A DNA stretch of 38,127 bases from an uncultured Gammaproteobacteria bacterium (GCA_964469995.1 CAYYAC010000001.1:1-38127); one strand, 5' to 3'. Shown: positions 1-8,676, counted from the stretch's first letter. Program-made: numbers and translations. The notes: generated by a model not told the origin, from the sequence alone.

Positions 1-1371
1 CTTTTGGGAAAACAGTTTTGGGGAAAGCTTGGAGGATTAATTTCCGCAGCATTTTATATGTATGCTCCTTATCATGCAGTTGAAATATATGTTAGGGGAG
101 ACGTTTCCGAATTTTGGGCATATGCTTTTATTCCTCTTGTTTTTTTAGGAATTTATAAAGTATTTAAAACAAAAGGAAATTTTTTCTGGGTAATAGTTTC
201 AGCTATTGGATATTCAGGAATTATTCTTTCTCATAATTTAACAGCGATGATGGTTTCTCCCTTCTTGCTTTTCATGTCTTTGGTATTTATTCTTGCTTCC
301 TATAAAAAAGGAGACAAGCATACTTTATATTCAATTATTCTTTCTCTGTTTATTGGTCTTTTGATTTCCGCTTTCTACTTTATTCCTGCACTGCGTGAGC
401 AAAGATATACAAATGTTTTGTCCCAAATAGGCGGAGGAGCAGATTTTAAAGATCATTTTGTTTGTCTTTCTCAATTGTGGCAAAGTACATGGGGATATGG
501 AGGTTCTGCTCCTGGATGTTTTGATGGAGTTTCCTTTGCTGTTGGAAAAATGCAAATAGTGTTGATAGCTTTAATACTCCTTTTGGCAAAGATACTAGTT
601 TTTACTAAAAAGATTTCAAAGAAAGATGAAAAGATTAAGCTTTTAATGTTTTCACTTTTTGGTCTTTTGATTTCTGTTTTTATTATGCTGCCAATTTCTG
701 ATTTTGTCTGGAGTAGGGTTCCACTCATGGCGTTTTTTCAATATCCATGGAGATTTTTAATGATGAGTTCTTTCTTTATTTCTATTATTGCCGGAGGAAT
801 TCTTTGGACTATTAGATGTTTTAGTAAGAATAATTTATTGAGTTACTTAGTATTTGTGATAGTTGTGATTTCTTTGTTTTTCTTTGAAGCTAAACTATTT
901 AATCCTCAGACAATATTTAACAACAGTTCAGATGTCTATACAAATCAACATATGCTTAACTGGACTACCTCGAGGATTTCAGATGAATATATGCCAAGAG
1001 ATTTTCCAAAGCCCTCAATTGAAAAAGATGTAGTAAGTAGTAGGTTTACTTTTATAAAAGAAGATGTAGTTATTCTAAGAAAGACAGAGGATACGCAAAA
1101 TATAACTCTTGATGTTAATGCAATAAACAGATCCAACATTCATTTTAATATTGCATATTTTCCAGCATGGAGATTAACATTGGACGGAAATGATATAGGT
1201 GGAATAGCTAGGAAAGGTTATGATGTAAATATAACAAAAGGGAAGCACATCATTAGTATAACTTTTGTTCAAACATCAGTTGAAAAATTTTCAGATGTGC
1301 TATCCGTGATAGGTTTAATTGTTATAATTGCTGGCACTGTGTTTTACAGAAAGAAAACCAATAATGGATAA
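1..1371 (+). CDS. Family-A polytopic membrane protein, putative GT-C-like glycosyltransferase (5'-truncated by window edge)
   Basis: The frame is open from base 1; the track start at 4 is only an in-frame TTG. The protein has many hydrophobic helices. Motifs APYHAVEIYVRGDV, ILSHN, SAFYFIPAL and YPWRFL, plus the C-terminal AYFPAW..LDG...KGKH module and final TM helix, align with the CDSs at 16652, 24868 and 29855. About 100 N-terminal residues, including the THDG loop, should lie upstream of the window. Confidence 0.8.
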   Translation, partial: LLGKQFWGKLGGLISAAFYMYAPYHAVEIYVRGDVSEFWAYAFIPLVFLGIYKVFKTKGNFFWVIVSAIGYSGIILSHNLTAMMVSPFLLFMSLVFILASYKKGDKHTLYSIILSLFIGLLISAFYFIPALREQRYTNVLSQIGGGADFKDHFVCLSQLWQSTWGYGGSAPGCFDGVSFAVGKMQIVLIALILLLAKILVFTKKISKKDEKIKLLMFSLFGLLISVFIMLPISDFVWSRVPLMAFFQYPWRFLMMSSFFISIIAGGILWTIRCFSKNNLLSYLVFVIVVISLFFFEAKLFNPQTIFNNSSDVYTNQHMLNWTTSRISDEYMPRDFPKPSIEKDVVSSRFTFIKEDVVILRKTEDTQNITLDVNAINRSNIHFNIAYFPAWRLTLDGNDIGGIARKGYDVNITKGKHIISITFVQTSVEKFSDVLSVIGLIVIIAGTVFYRKKTNNG

Positions 1372-2074
1372 AGTAGGAGAATTATCAATCTTTTTTCCTT
1401 TTTGGAATGAAGAAAAAAACATTGAAGAAGTTGTAAAAAAAGCAATTCCTGTTGCGCAAAAAGTTGCATTCAAATGGGAAATAATAATGGTTGATGATGG
1501 GTCATCGGATAAGACTCTTGATATAGCAAGAAAACTTGCTTCAGGTAATCCTAATCTAGTGGTTTTATCCGATTCCAGGAACAGAGGTTATGGAGCAGCA
1601 CTAAAAAGCGGATTTTCCGCAGCGCGTTATAAATTAGTTGTATTTAATGACGGTGATGGGCAATTTGATTTTTCGGAAGTTTCAAGGCTTATATCAAAAA
1701 TAGAAGAAGCGGATATAGTCATTGGTTTTAGAAAGAAACGTCTTGATAATTCTTTTAGGCATATGCTTATGAATTTTTTGAAAATTTGGGATTTTATACT
1801 ATTTCATCTTTATTTTAGAGATATTGACTGTGGTTTTAAACTTTTTAAAAAAGATGCACTTGATAAGATTATGCCTTTAAAGTCTGAGGGAGCCATGATA
1901 ACGACAGAGCTTCTAGCGAAAGCGAAAAAGAATAAGCTAAAAATAGAGCAAGTTGAGGTGTCACATTTTCCAAGAATTTATGGAAATCAAAGTGGGGGGA
2001 ATTTAAGAGTAATAGTACGTGCAATAAGAGAAAGTTTTATAATTTGGAAAGATATTAATTATGGAAGACGTTGA
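1364..2074 (+). CDS. GT2 glycosyltransferase, Dpm1/GtrB/ArnC-like polyprenyl-phosphate sugar synthase
   Basis: Motifs IIMVDDGSSDKT, NRGYGAALKSG, FNDGDGQFD (DxD) and IDCGFKLFKK match the GT2 Dpm1-like architecture. The ATG at 1364 overlaps the upstream stop (ATGGATAA). The track's TTG start at 1328 is less likely. Confidence 0.75.
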   Translation: MDKVGELSIFFPFWNEEKNIEEVVKKAIPVAQKVAFKWEIIMVDDGSSDKTLDIARKLASGNPNLVVLSDSRNRGYGAALKSGFSAARYKLVVFNDGDGQFDFSEVSRLISKIEEADIVIGFRKKRLDNSFRHMLMNFLKIWDFILFHLYFRDIDCGFKLFKKDALDKIMPLKSEGAMITTELLAKAKKNKLKIEQVEVSHFPRIYGNQSGGNLRVIVRAIRESFIIWKDINYGRR

Positions 2075-3515
2075 CATTGCTATCATTACAAAAAGGTCTA
2101 TAAAAGGAGTTTTTGCGCTAACTTCTAGAACATTTTTTGTACAAGTTGTTGGTTTTGTTTCAAATCTTCTGCTTACTATATTTTTATCCCCCTCTGTTTT
2201 TGGAATATTTTTTATAGTGTCTGCAGCTATTGCTTTTCTTTCCTACTTTTCAGATATAGGGCTTGCTGCGGCATTAATTCAAAAGAAAGAACAAATAACA
2301 GACGAAGAGTTAAAGACTACTTTTACAATCCAACAAACTATGGTTGTAGGTGTGTCGATAATTGCTCTTGTTCTATCTGGATATGTTGCTTCTTTTTATC
2401 ATCTGCAAGAAAATGGAGTATGGCTTTTTAGAGCGTTGGTTGTTGCATTTTTTCTGTCATCATTTAAAACAATCCCGTCTATAATACTTGAAAGGGAGCT
2501 TAGTTTTGAGAAATTGGTTATCCCTCAGATTGCAGAAACACTTTTTTTTAATGTGACCGCGGTGGTTCTGGCAATGAAAGGTTATGGAGTTGAGAGCTTT
2601 ACCATTGCTGTTCTTGCTAGGGGAATAGTAGGCGTGATATCTATTTATATAATAAGCCCGTGGAGAATGGGTTTTGCCTTTTCAAGACCAGCCGCGAAGC
2701 ACCTCTTGTCTTTTGGCATACCATTTCAGGCAAATAGCTTCTTAGCTTTAATAAAAGATGATTTATTAGTGGCTTACATTGGCAAGGTTTTACCTCTGGC
2801 TCAAGTAGGTTATATTGGTTTTGCGCAAAAATGGTCACTAACGCCTTTGAGGCTCATTATGGATAACGTTATACGTATAACTTTTCCTTCTTTTGCCAGA
2901 CTGCAGCATGATGAGAATGCCCTAGCAAAAGGAATAGAAAAATCAATATTTGCATCCTGTTTTGTCATATTTCCTGCCCTTGTGGGGCTTGTTGTTCTTT
3001 CTCCGTACTTTATTGATCTAATTCCAAAGTACAGTAAATGGGAGCCAGCTCTTTTTTCGCTAGCATTTTTCTCCTTGAATTCTGCGCTGTCTTGCGTGTC
3101 AACGCCTCTTACAAACGCGCTTAATGCAGTTGGGAAGATAAAAGTATCACTTTATCTTATGATATTCTGGACAGCGGCTACATGGATTTTAACCCCAATT
3201 GCTATTATGGTTTGGGGATTTAATGGGGTTTCTATAGTGTCTGCAATTGTTGCTTTTTCTGTGGTTGGGGTAGTTTACTTAACTAAGAAATATATTTATT
3301 TCAGTATTTTGCAAGTTACGGCTATTCCTGCCATAAGTGCAATTTTTATGGGTACAATTGTTTATTTTCTAAGTCCTCAAATTATCAAGAATTTTCCAAC
3401 TCTCATTCTTATGATAATACTCGGCATTATGATATACTTTTTTACAATGTTTACATTAGCAAGAAAACAAATAATTGATGATGTAAATTTAGTCAGAAGA
3501 AATCTGCAAAAATAA
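2061..3515 (+). CDS. MOP-superfamily (Wzx-like) polysaccharide/oligosaccharide flippase
   Basis: 484 aa with about 12-14 hydrophobic segments. The N-terminus SIKGVFALTSRTFFVQVVGFVSNLLLTIFLSPSVFGIFF and the later GIPFQANSFLALIKDDLL are typical of polysaccharide biosynthesis (Polysacc_synt) proteins. It overlaps the stop of the upstream GT2 by 14 nt. Confidence 0.75.
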   Translation: MEDVDIAIITKRSIKGVFALTSRTFFVQVVGFVSNLLLTIFLSPSVFGIFFIVSAAIAFLSYFSDIGLAAALIQKKEQITDEELKTTFTIQQTMVVGVSIIALVLSGYVASFYHLQENGVWLFRALVVAFFLSSFKTIPSIILERELSFEKLVIPQIAETLFFNVTAVVLAMKGYGVESFTIAVLARGIVGVISIYIISPWRMGFAFSRPAAKHLLSFGIPFQANSFLALIKDDLLVAYIGKVLPLAQVGYIGFAQKWSLTPLRLIMDNVIRITFPSFARLQHDENALAKGIEKSIFASCFVIFPALVGLVVLSPYFIDLIPKYSKWEPALFSLAFFSLNSALSCVSTPLTNALNAVGKIKVSLYLMIFWTAATWILTPIAIMVWGFNGVSIVSAIVAFSVVGVVYLTKKYIYFSILQVTAIPAISAIFMGTIVYFLSPQIIKNFPTLILMIILGIMIYFFTMFTLARKQIIDDVNLVRRNLQK

Positions 3516-3516
3516 A

Positions 3517-4419
3517 ATGAAACTTTCCGTTGTTATTTCTGCTTATAATGCACAGGATAAAATTGAAGACTGTTTAAAATCAGTTCGTTTTGCAGACGAA
3601 ATCATCGTTATAAATAATTCTTCTCAGGATAAAACTGAAGAAATCGCAAAAAAATACACTTCCAAAGTATTTACTCGTATAAACAACTTGATGTTGAACG
3701 TAAATAAAAATTTTGGTTTTTCCAAGGCATCAGGTGAATGGATTTTAAATCTTGATGATGACGAAAGGGTAACGGCTGAACTTGAAAAAGAAATAAAAGC
3801 TACAATTAGAAATGATGATAAAAATATTCAAGGATACTATATTCCTAGGAAGAATATCATTTTTGGTAAATGGATAGAACATACAGGGTGGTACCCAGAT
3901 CCGCAGCTTCGCTTATTTAGAAAAGGAAAGGGAAAATTTGCAGAAAAACATGTGCACGAGATGATTGATATTGATGGGAAAGTTGAATATCTCAAAGAGC
4001 CAATGATTCATTTCAATTATACCTCTGTGTCTCAGTTTTTGGTTAAAATGACTAATATTTATGTCCCAAACGAAGCAGATGTTAAAATATCACAAGGCTA
4101 CAAAGTAGATTTTGCGGATTCAATTAAATTTCCACTAAGGGAGTTTTTGTCTAGATTTTTTGCACGGCAGGGGTATAAAGATGGATTCCACGGCTTAATG
4201 CTTTCTCTTCTTATGGCTTTTTATCATTTTGCCATATTTGCACTTATTTGGGAGAAGCAGGGCTTTGAGGAAATTGAAAGAGGGAATATTCTTATAAAAT
4301 CTTCAACAGAAATCAAAGATGCCGGCAAAGAAATTTCATACTGGATTAGAAATGAAAAAATAGAAAGCACAAAGAACCCCGTTAAAAAAATCCTCTATAA
4401 AACATTAATACGCAAATGA
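3517..4419 (+). CDS. GT2 glycosyltransferase, WaaE/KdtX-like subgroup with hydrophobic C-terminal tail
   Basis: Motifs MKLSVVISAYNAQDKIEDCLKSVRFADEIIVINNSSQDKT, LDDDERV (DxD), YPDPQLRLFRKG and the tail GLMLSLLMAFYHFAIFALIW. It is paralogous to the CDSs at 5329 and 26496. Confidence 0.75.
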   Translation: MKLSVVISAYNAQDKIEDCLKSVRFADEIIVINNSSQDKTEEIAKKYTSKVFTRINNLMLNVNKNFGFSKASGEWILNLDDDERVTAELEKEIKATIRNDDKNIQGYYIPRKNIIFGKWIEHTGWYPDPQLRLFRKGKGKFAEKHVHEMIDIDGKVEYLKEPMIHFNYTSVSQFLVKMTNIYVPNEADVKISQGYKVDFADSIKFPLREFLSRFFARQGYKDGFHGLMLSLLMAFYHFAIFALIWEKQGFEEIERGNILIKSSTEIKDAGKEISYWIRNEKIESTKNPVKKILYKTLIRK

Positions 4420-5336
4420 AAAGCGTCTTTGTATCTATAATCAACTTTAACGGAAAAGAAAATACCCTTTCTTGTCTTTCTCAGCTTGATAAGGTAAATA
4501 AGAATGGTCTAGACATCACTGCTATTGTAATTGATAACGCGTCTTCAGAAGAATTTGAGATTAATCAAAGTTTTTTAAAGAATATTCCGCTTGTTTTTAT
4601 AAAAAATAAAGAGAATTTAGGTTTTGCAAAAGGACACAACGTTGGGATAAATTATGCGATGTCTCACGGAGCAGATTTTGTGGTTATTCTAAATAATGAT
4701 ACCCTTCTTGATAAAGATTTTATTAGGTACTTAGTTGATGCTACTAAAACAGACCCAAAGGCAGGAATCGTTGCTCCTAAAATATATTTTGCTAAAGGAT
4801 TTGAGTACCATAAAGATAAATATAAAGAAGATGAGAAAGGGAAAGTTTTTTGGTACGTAGGGGGTCAAATGGACTGGGCCAATGTGATTGGTCATCATAG
4901 AGGAGTTGATGAGGTAGATGAAGGCCAGTATGATTCTCTTTGCGAAACTGAATATGCCAGCGGATGCTGTATGCTTTTGTCCGCAGATGTTATTAATCAG
5001 ACTAAAGGATTTGATTCCAGGTACTTCCTTTATTATGAGGACAGTGATTTGTGTCAAAGGGCAAAAGAAGCTGGATTTAAGATAATATATGCTCCAAAGG
5101 CTGTAATTTGGCATAAAAATGCAGGTTCGGTGGGAGGATCGGGATCTCCTTTGCAAGATTACTATATTACAAGGAATAGAATGTTTTTTGGAATAAAATA
5201 TGCACCTTTGCGTTCAAAAGCTGCCCTTATTAGAGAGAGCATTAGGATTTTATCAAGTGGAAGAAAATGGCAAAAAAGGGGAGTAATTGATTTCTATCTT
5301 AGAAAATTTAATAAGGGGAGTTTTAAAAATGAATAA
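4416..5336 (+). CDS. GT2 glycosyltransferase, rhamnosyltransferase-like (WbbL/RfbF-like subgroup)
   Basis: Motifs VIDNASSEE, NLGFAKGHNVG, VILNNDT, SGCCMLLSADV and YYEDSDLCQRAKEAGFKIIYAPKAVIWHK. ATGA overlap with the upstream gene. Confidence 0.75.
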   Translation: MKSVFVSIINFNGKENTLSCLSQLDKVNKNGLDITAIVIDNASSEEFEINQSFLKNIPLVFIKNKENLGFAKGHNVGINYAMSHGADFVVILNNDTLLDKDFIRYLVDATKTDPKAGIVAPKIYFAKGFEYHKDKYKEDEKGKVFWYVGGQMDWANVIGHHRGVDEVDEGQYDSLCETEYASGCCMLLSADVINQTKGFDSRYFLYYEDSDLCQRAKEAGFKIIYAPKAVIWHKNAGSVGGSGSPLQDYYITRNRMFFGIKYAPLRSKAALIRESIRILSSGRKWQKRGVIDFYLRKFNKGSFKNE

Positions 5337-6084
5337 ATTATCAGCAATTGTAATAGCAAAAAATGAAGAAAATAGAATCGCAGATTGTTTAGATTCTCTA
5401 TCTTTTTGTGATGAAATAATTGTTGTTGATAATGATTCAAAAGATAGAACTGCCGAGGTTGCTCAGAGATTGGGAGCAAAGATTGTAAAATCAAATGATG
5501 ATAATTTTTCAAATCTTCGCAATCTAGGATTAAGAAGAGCTACGTATGATTTTGTTTTTTACGTAGATGCGGATGAAAGAGTAGATAGTAATTTGAGAGA
5601 AAATATTAAGCAAGTTTTAAAAAGTGCTTCTCCTACGGATTTTTATAAGGTCTCAAGGAAGAATTTTTATTTAGGAAATAATGAATGGCCAAAAATTGAA
5701 AAAATGGAAAGGCTTTTTAGAAAAAGTCAATTAAGGGGTTGGAAAGGTGAGCTTCATGAAAGCCCACAGATAAATGGAGAATCTGAGCAACTTAATGGAT
5801 TCTTGTTGCATTATACCCACAGGAATCTTTCTGAAATGCTTAAAAAAACAATTTTATGGTCAAAAACAGAAGCAGAGCTAAGATATAATGCACGGCATCC
5901 TAAAATGACTTGGTGGAGATTTCCAAGGGTTATGATAACAACCTTTTTTGATTACTATATAAGGCAAGAGGGATATAAGATAGGGACGGCAGGTTTGGTA
6001 GAAAGTATGTACCAAGCTTTTAGTATTTTCGTGACTTACGCAAGACTATGGGAACTTCAAAATGCAAAAGATAGAAATGATTAA
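5329..6084 (+). CDS. GT2 glycosyltransferase, WaaE/KdtX-like subgroup
   Basis: Motifs MNKLSAIVIAKNEENRIADCLDSLSFCDEIIVVDNDSKDRT and VDADERV. The ATG at 5329 follows a GGGGAG Shine-Dalgarno (5315-5320) and overlaps the upstream stop (ATGAATAA). The track's TTG start at 5287 is rejected. Confidence 0.75.
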   Translation: MNKLSAIVIAKNEENRIADCLDSLSFCDEIIVVDNDSKDRTAEVAQRLGAKIVKSNDDNFSNLRNLGLRRATYDFVFYVDADERVDSNLRENIKQVLKSASPTDFYKVSRKNFYLGNNEWPKIEKMERLFRKSQLRGWKGELHESPQINGESEQLNGFLLHYTHRNLSEMLKKTILWSKTEAELRYNARHPKMTWWRFPRVMITTFFDYYIRQEGYKIGTAGLVESMYQAFSIFVTYARLWELQNAKDRND

Positions 6085-8416
6085 GAAACTTTTAATTAGG
6101 TTTTGGCCCGTGCTTTTTATATTTTTGTTGTGGTTTGTTTTTGCTTACCCATATTTTATAAAAGGGCTTGCGCCTTATTCATCATCATATCAATTAAATA
6201 ATTTTGCTCCATGGTCTGCATATCCGCAGTTTGCAGGACCTGTAAAAAATGGAGCAATGCCAGATGTTACAACGCAAATTTTACCTTGGAGACATTTGGC
6301 TATTCAGATTTGGAAACAAGGCGTTATTCCTCTTTGGAATCCCTACAGTTTTGCAGGAACGCCTCTTCTCGCAAATTATCAATCAGCAGCTCTTTCTCCT
6401 TTTAATATTTTATTTTTTCTTTTTCCTTTTGTTGATGGGTGGAGCATTCTAATACTATTGCAGCCTCTTCTTGCAGGAATGTTTACTTACCTTTTTGTTC
6501 GCTCTCTAGGGAAAACTAAATTAGCAAGTACTATTTCCTCTGTTTCTTTTATGTTCTGTGGTTTTTTAACTGTCTGGATGGATTATGGTACTTTGGGATA
6601 TGCAATCCTTTTTCTTCCACTATCTCTTTATTTTGTAGAGCAATACTTTAATACGCAAAAGATAAAATCTTTAATTTTTCTTTCACTATCCATCCCTCTA
6701 TCTTTTTTTAGCGGACATTTTCAAATAAGTATTTATTTTTTCCTAACTCTATTGTTGTATGTTGTTTTTAAATCATTTATTAATAAAAACTTAAAGGCTT
6801 TTTTAAAGCTTTGCTTATTTATATTTTTTGGTGTTTTAATATCAATGCCACAACTTTTGCCTTCAATAGAATTTTATACGCAGTCATTTAGGAGTGATAT
6901 ATTTCAAAAAGAAGAAGTAATCCCTTTTTCATACTTACCGACACTTTTATCGCCTGATCTTTTTGGTAATCCAGTAACAAGAAATGATTGGTTTGGACAT
7001 TATGCGGAATGGAACGGATTTATAGGAATTTTTCCCTTGTTTTTATCTTTTTATTTTTGGTGGGCCAAAAAGAAAATTCAAGGTCTATTTTTCTTTATAA
7101 CAGGGATTGTCGCTTTGCTTTTTTCCTTAAATTCTCCATTTGCAGATTTCTTAGTCTTTCTAAAAATACCAGTTTTATCAGGCAGCGCTGGCAGTAGGGG
7201 CATTGTTGTTTATAGCTTTATGTTCTCTGTTCTTTCTGCCTTTGGTTTTGATCAGCTGTTTTTGGATATTAAAGATAAGAAATTTAGCAGAGTGCTTATT
7301 TTTTTAATATCTACTCTTTTTATATTTATTTTGCTTTGGGTTTTAGTTTATTCAAGAACTTTTATACCATGGGATAAGACTTCAATTGCTAGAAGCAATC
7401 TAATTCTTCCTACCTCCATTTTTGTAGCGGGCTTTGTAATTGTAGCCCTGTCCACCTTAAATAAAAAACTTTTATATATCTGCTCTTTTCTTATATTGCT
7501 TTTGGTATCTTTTGATATGCTTCGCTTTGCCATAAAATGGCAAGCATTTGAGCAAAAGAGTCTTATATTTGCTGATACTCCGGCATCAAAAGAATTTGCA
7601 AAAATTGCAGGTCAAGATAGGTCAATGAGTAATTTAGAAGCTGGGGTTGGTGATTATTATAATCTTTTATCTCTTGAAGGATACGACGCATTGTATATAA
7701 AACGATACGGGGAATTTGCTGCATCTATTTCCAATGGAACAATTAGTGAGTCGGCAAGGTCCGTTGTACTTTTTCCAAAAGATAGTCCTAATACCTCGGC
7801 CATTATAAATTTGCTGGATGTAAAATATGTAATTCATAAATTTTCTGATGGTAGGAATAATTGGACTTTCCCTTTTTGGACCTATCCTGTTTCTCAGTTT
7901 GAACAAATTTCAAAAGACAGCGGTTACGAATTTTATCAAAACAATGATTCCTTTGGTCATGTTTTTTTATCAGGAAATTATAAGGTTATTAAAGACCCTC
8001 AGGAGATAATTAAAACATTGACATCAAAAGATATAAATTTAAAAAAAGAAATAATATTGGAAAAAGATCCCAATATAAAACAAACCAATTCAGAAATTGG
8101 AAGTGCAAATATTATTAAATATTCTCCAAGTGAGGTTGAAATAGAAGTTAATGCAAGTAGTTCTGGTTTATTATTTTTGTCTGATAATTACTACAATGGT
8201 TGGAATGCAACTGTTGATGGAGTCAGTACTCCAATTTATAGAGCGGATTTTAGTTTTAGAGCGGTTCCTGTTAAGGAAGGAAAATATTTAGTTAGATTTA
8301 CTTACCAGCCTTGGAGTTTTTATTTTGCGGTATTTCTGGCGATTGTTGGTGGATTGGGAATTGTAATTACTTTCTTTTTTTCTTCCAAAATTCTAGTTCC
8401 GAAATCTTCATCTTAG
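6062..8416 (+). CDS. YfhO-family GT-C membrane glycosyltransferase
   Basis: 784 aa, polytopic. The hallmark PLWNPYSFAGTPLLANYQSAALSPFNILFFLFPF is present, with an acidic loop PDVTTQILPW before it and a C-terminal YYNGWNATVDG...EGKYLVRFTY module plus a terminal TM helix. An alternative in-frame ATG at 6077 would give an ATGATTAA overlap with the upstream stop. Confidence 0.8.
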   Translation: MQKIEMIKKLLIRFWPVLFIFLLWFVFAYPYFIKGLAPYSSSYQLNNFAPWSAYPQFAGPVKNGAMPDVTTQILPWRHLAIQIWKQGVIPLWNPYSFAGTPLLANYQSAALSPFNILFFLFPFVDGWSILILLQPLLAGMFTYLFVRSLGKTKLASTISSVSFMFCGFLTVWMDYGTLGYAILFLPLSLYFVEQYFNTQKIKSLIFLSLSIPLSFFSGHFQISIYFFLTLLLYVVFKSFINKNLKAFLKLCLFIFFGVLISMPQLLPSIEFYTQSFRSDIFQKEEVIPFSYLPTLLSPDLFGNPVTRNDWFGHYAEWNGFIGIFPLFLSFYFWWAKKKIQGLFFFITGIVALLFSLNSPFADFLVFLKIPVLSGSAGSRGIVVYSFMFSVLSAFGFDQLFLDIKDKKFSRVLIFLISTLFIFILLWVLVYSRTFIPWDKTSIARSNLILPTSIFVAGFVIVALSTLNKKLLYICSFLILLLVSFDMLRFAIKWQAFEQKSLIFADTPASKEFAKIAGQDRSMSNLEAGVGDYYNLLSLEGYDALYIKRYGEFAASISNGTISESARSVVLFPKDSPNTSAIINLLDVKYVIHKFSDGRNNWTFPFWTYPVSQFEQISKDSGYEFYQNNDSFGHVFLSGNYKVIKDPQEIIKTLTSKDINLKKEIILEKDPNIKQTNSEIGSANIIKYSPSEVEIEVNASSSGLLFLSDNYYNGWNATVDGVSTPIYRADFSFRAVPVKEGKYLVRFTYQPWSFYFAVFLAIVGGLGIVITFFFSSKILVPKSSS

Positions 8417-8618
8417 TTTTTGCAAAAGCAAATAAAAATATAATATCTGCAATTCCAAAAGTATTTACAATCATTAGTGCAAAAAGTATTACAAACCAGT
8501 TTTTTTGTTTGTATGCAGCCGATCTATAAAGGGCTAATCCTTTCCAAAAGAATGTCCAAAGTCCAATAATAAAATATCCAAGAGGAGGAACTTGCTGAAA
8601 AGTTGTATCTAGGTTCAT
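8367..8618 (-). CDS. Small two-helix membrane protein, DUF5652-like
   Basis: 83 aa from the internal ATG at 8618. The core FWKGLALYRSAAYKQKNWFVILFALMIVNTFGIADIIFLF resembles the W-K-G-x-A-L-[WY]-[KR]-x-A...WF......NT.GI...IYLF pattern I recall for DUF5652 proteins of CPR bacteria. The 126-aa long form would run into the divergent GT4 gene. The 3' end overlaps the YfhO gene's 3' end by 50 nt. Confidence 0.55.
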   Translation of the reverse strand: MNLDTTFQQVPPLGYFIIGLWTFFWKGLALYRSAAYKQKNWFVILFALMIVNTFGIADIIFLFAFAKTKMKISELEFWKKKRK

Positions 8619-8625
8619 TAAATTA

Positions 8626-8654
8626 ACAATAACATAGGGATTTAAGCTTTGCAA
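8626..8654 (-). promoter_or_regulatory. Putative promoter for the DUF5652-like gene (-35 TTGCAA, 17-nt spacer, -10 TATTGT, ATG 7 nt downstream)
   Basis: Read on the minus strand: TTGCAA (8654-8649), then agcttaaatccctatgt, then TATTGT (8631-8626), then taattta, then ATG (8618). Hexamer matching only, in AT-rich DNA. Confidence 0.3.
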
Positions 8655-8676
8655 TAGGTGTAAAAGTTGATAGAAT
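8649..8676 (+). promoter_or_regulatory. Putative promoter for the GT4 gene (-35 TTGCAA, 16-nt spacer, extended -10 TGaTAGAAT, ATG 7 nt downstream)
   Basis: TTGCAA at 8649-8654, TG at 8668-8669 and TAGAAT at 8671-8676, with the start codon at 8684. No Shine-Dalgarno lies between them. Hexamer matching only. Confidence 0.35.

Noticed and set aside
1328-1363. Non-ATG upstream starts offered by the ORF track: TTG at 1328, TTG at 5287, GTG at 16640, TTG at 4, ATG at 11957 and ATG at 28192.
   Set aside because: In each case a downstream in-frame ATG gives the canonical family N-terminus or a signal peptide. It also yields the stereotyped ATGA, ATGnnTAA or 1-nt junction seen across the locus. The upstream extensions only add overlap with the preceding gene. 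The ORF at base 4 is simply open to the window edge.
4731-5156. Antisense or alternate-frame ORFs inside the large CDSs. Examples: 4731-5156 (-) of 141 aa, 10932-11291 (-), 33420-33713 (-), 33774-34028 (-), 331-728 (-), 6211-6452 (+), 6988-7197 (+), 15155-15394 (+) and 20002-20274 (-).
   Set aside because: All are fully embedded in well-supported genes with clear family motifs. Their translations are low-complexity (K/F/I/S-rich), as expected from AT-rich antisense sequence. None has a recognisable motif or a sensible start context.
8417-8440. Rho-independent terminators after the YfhO gene (8417 onward), at the convergent junction at 14843-14846, and after 33089 and 35257.
   Set aside because: I could not find a GC-rich stem followed by a T-tract at any of these positions. 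The sequence after each stop is either coding on the other strand or too short.
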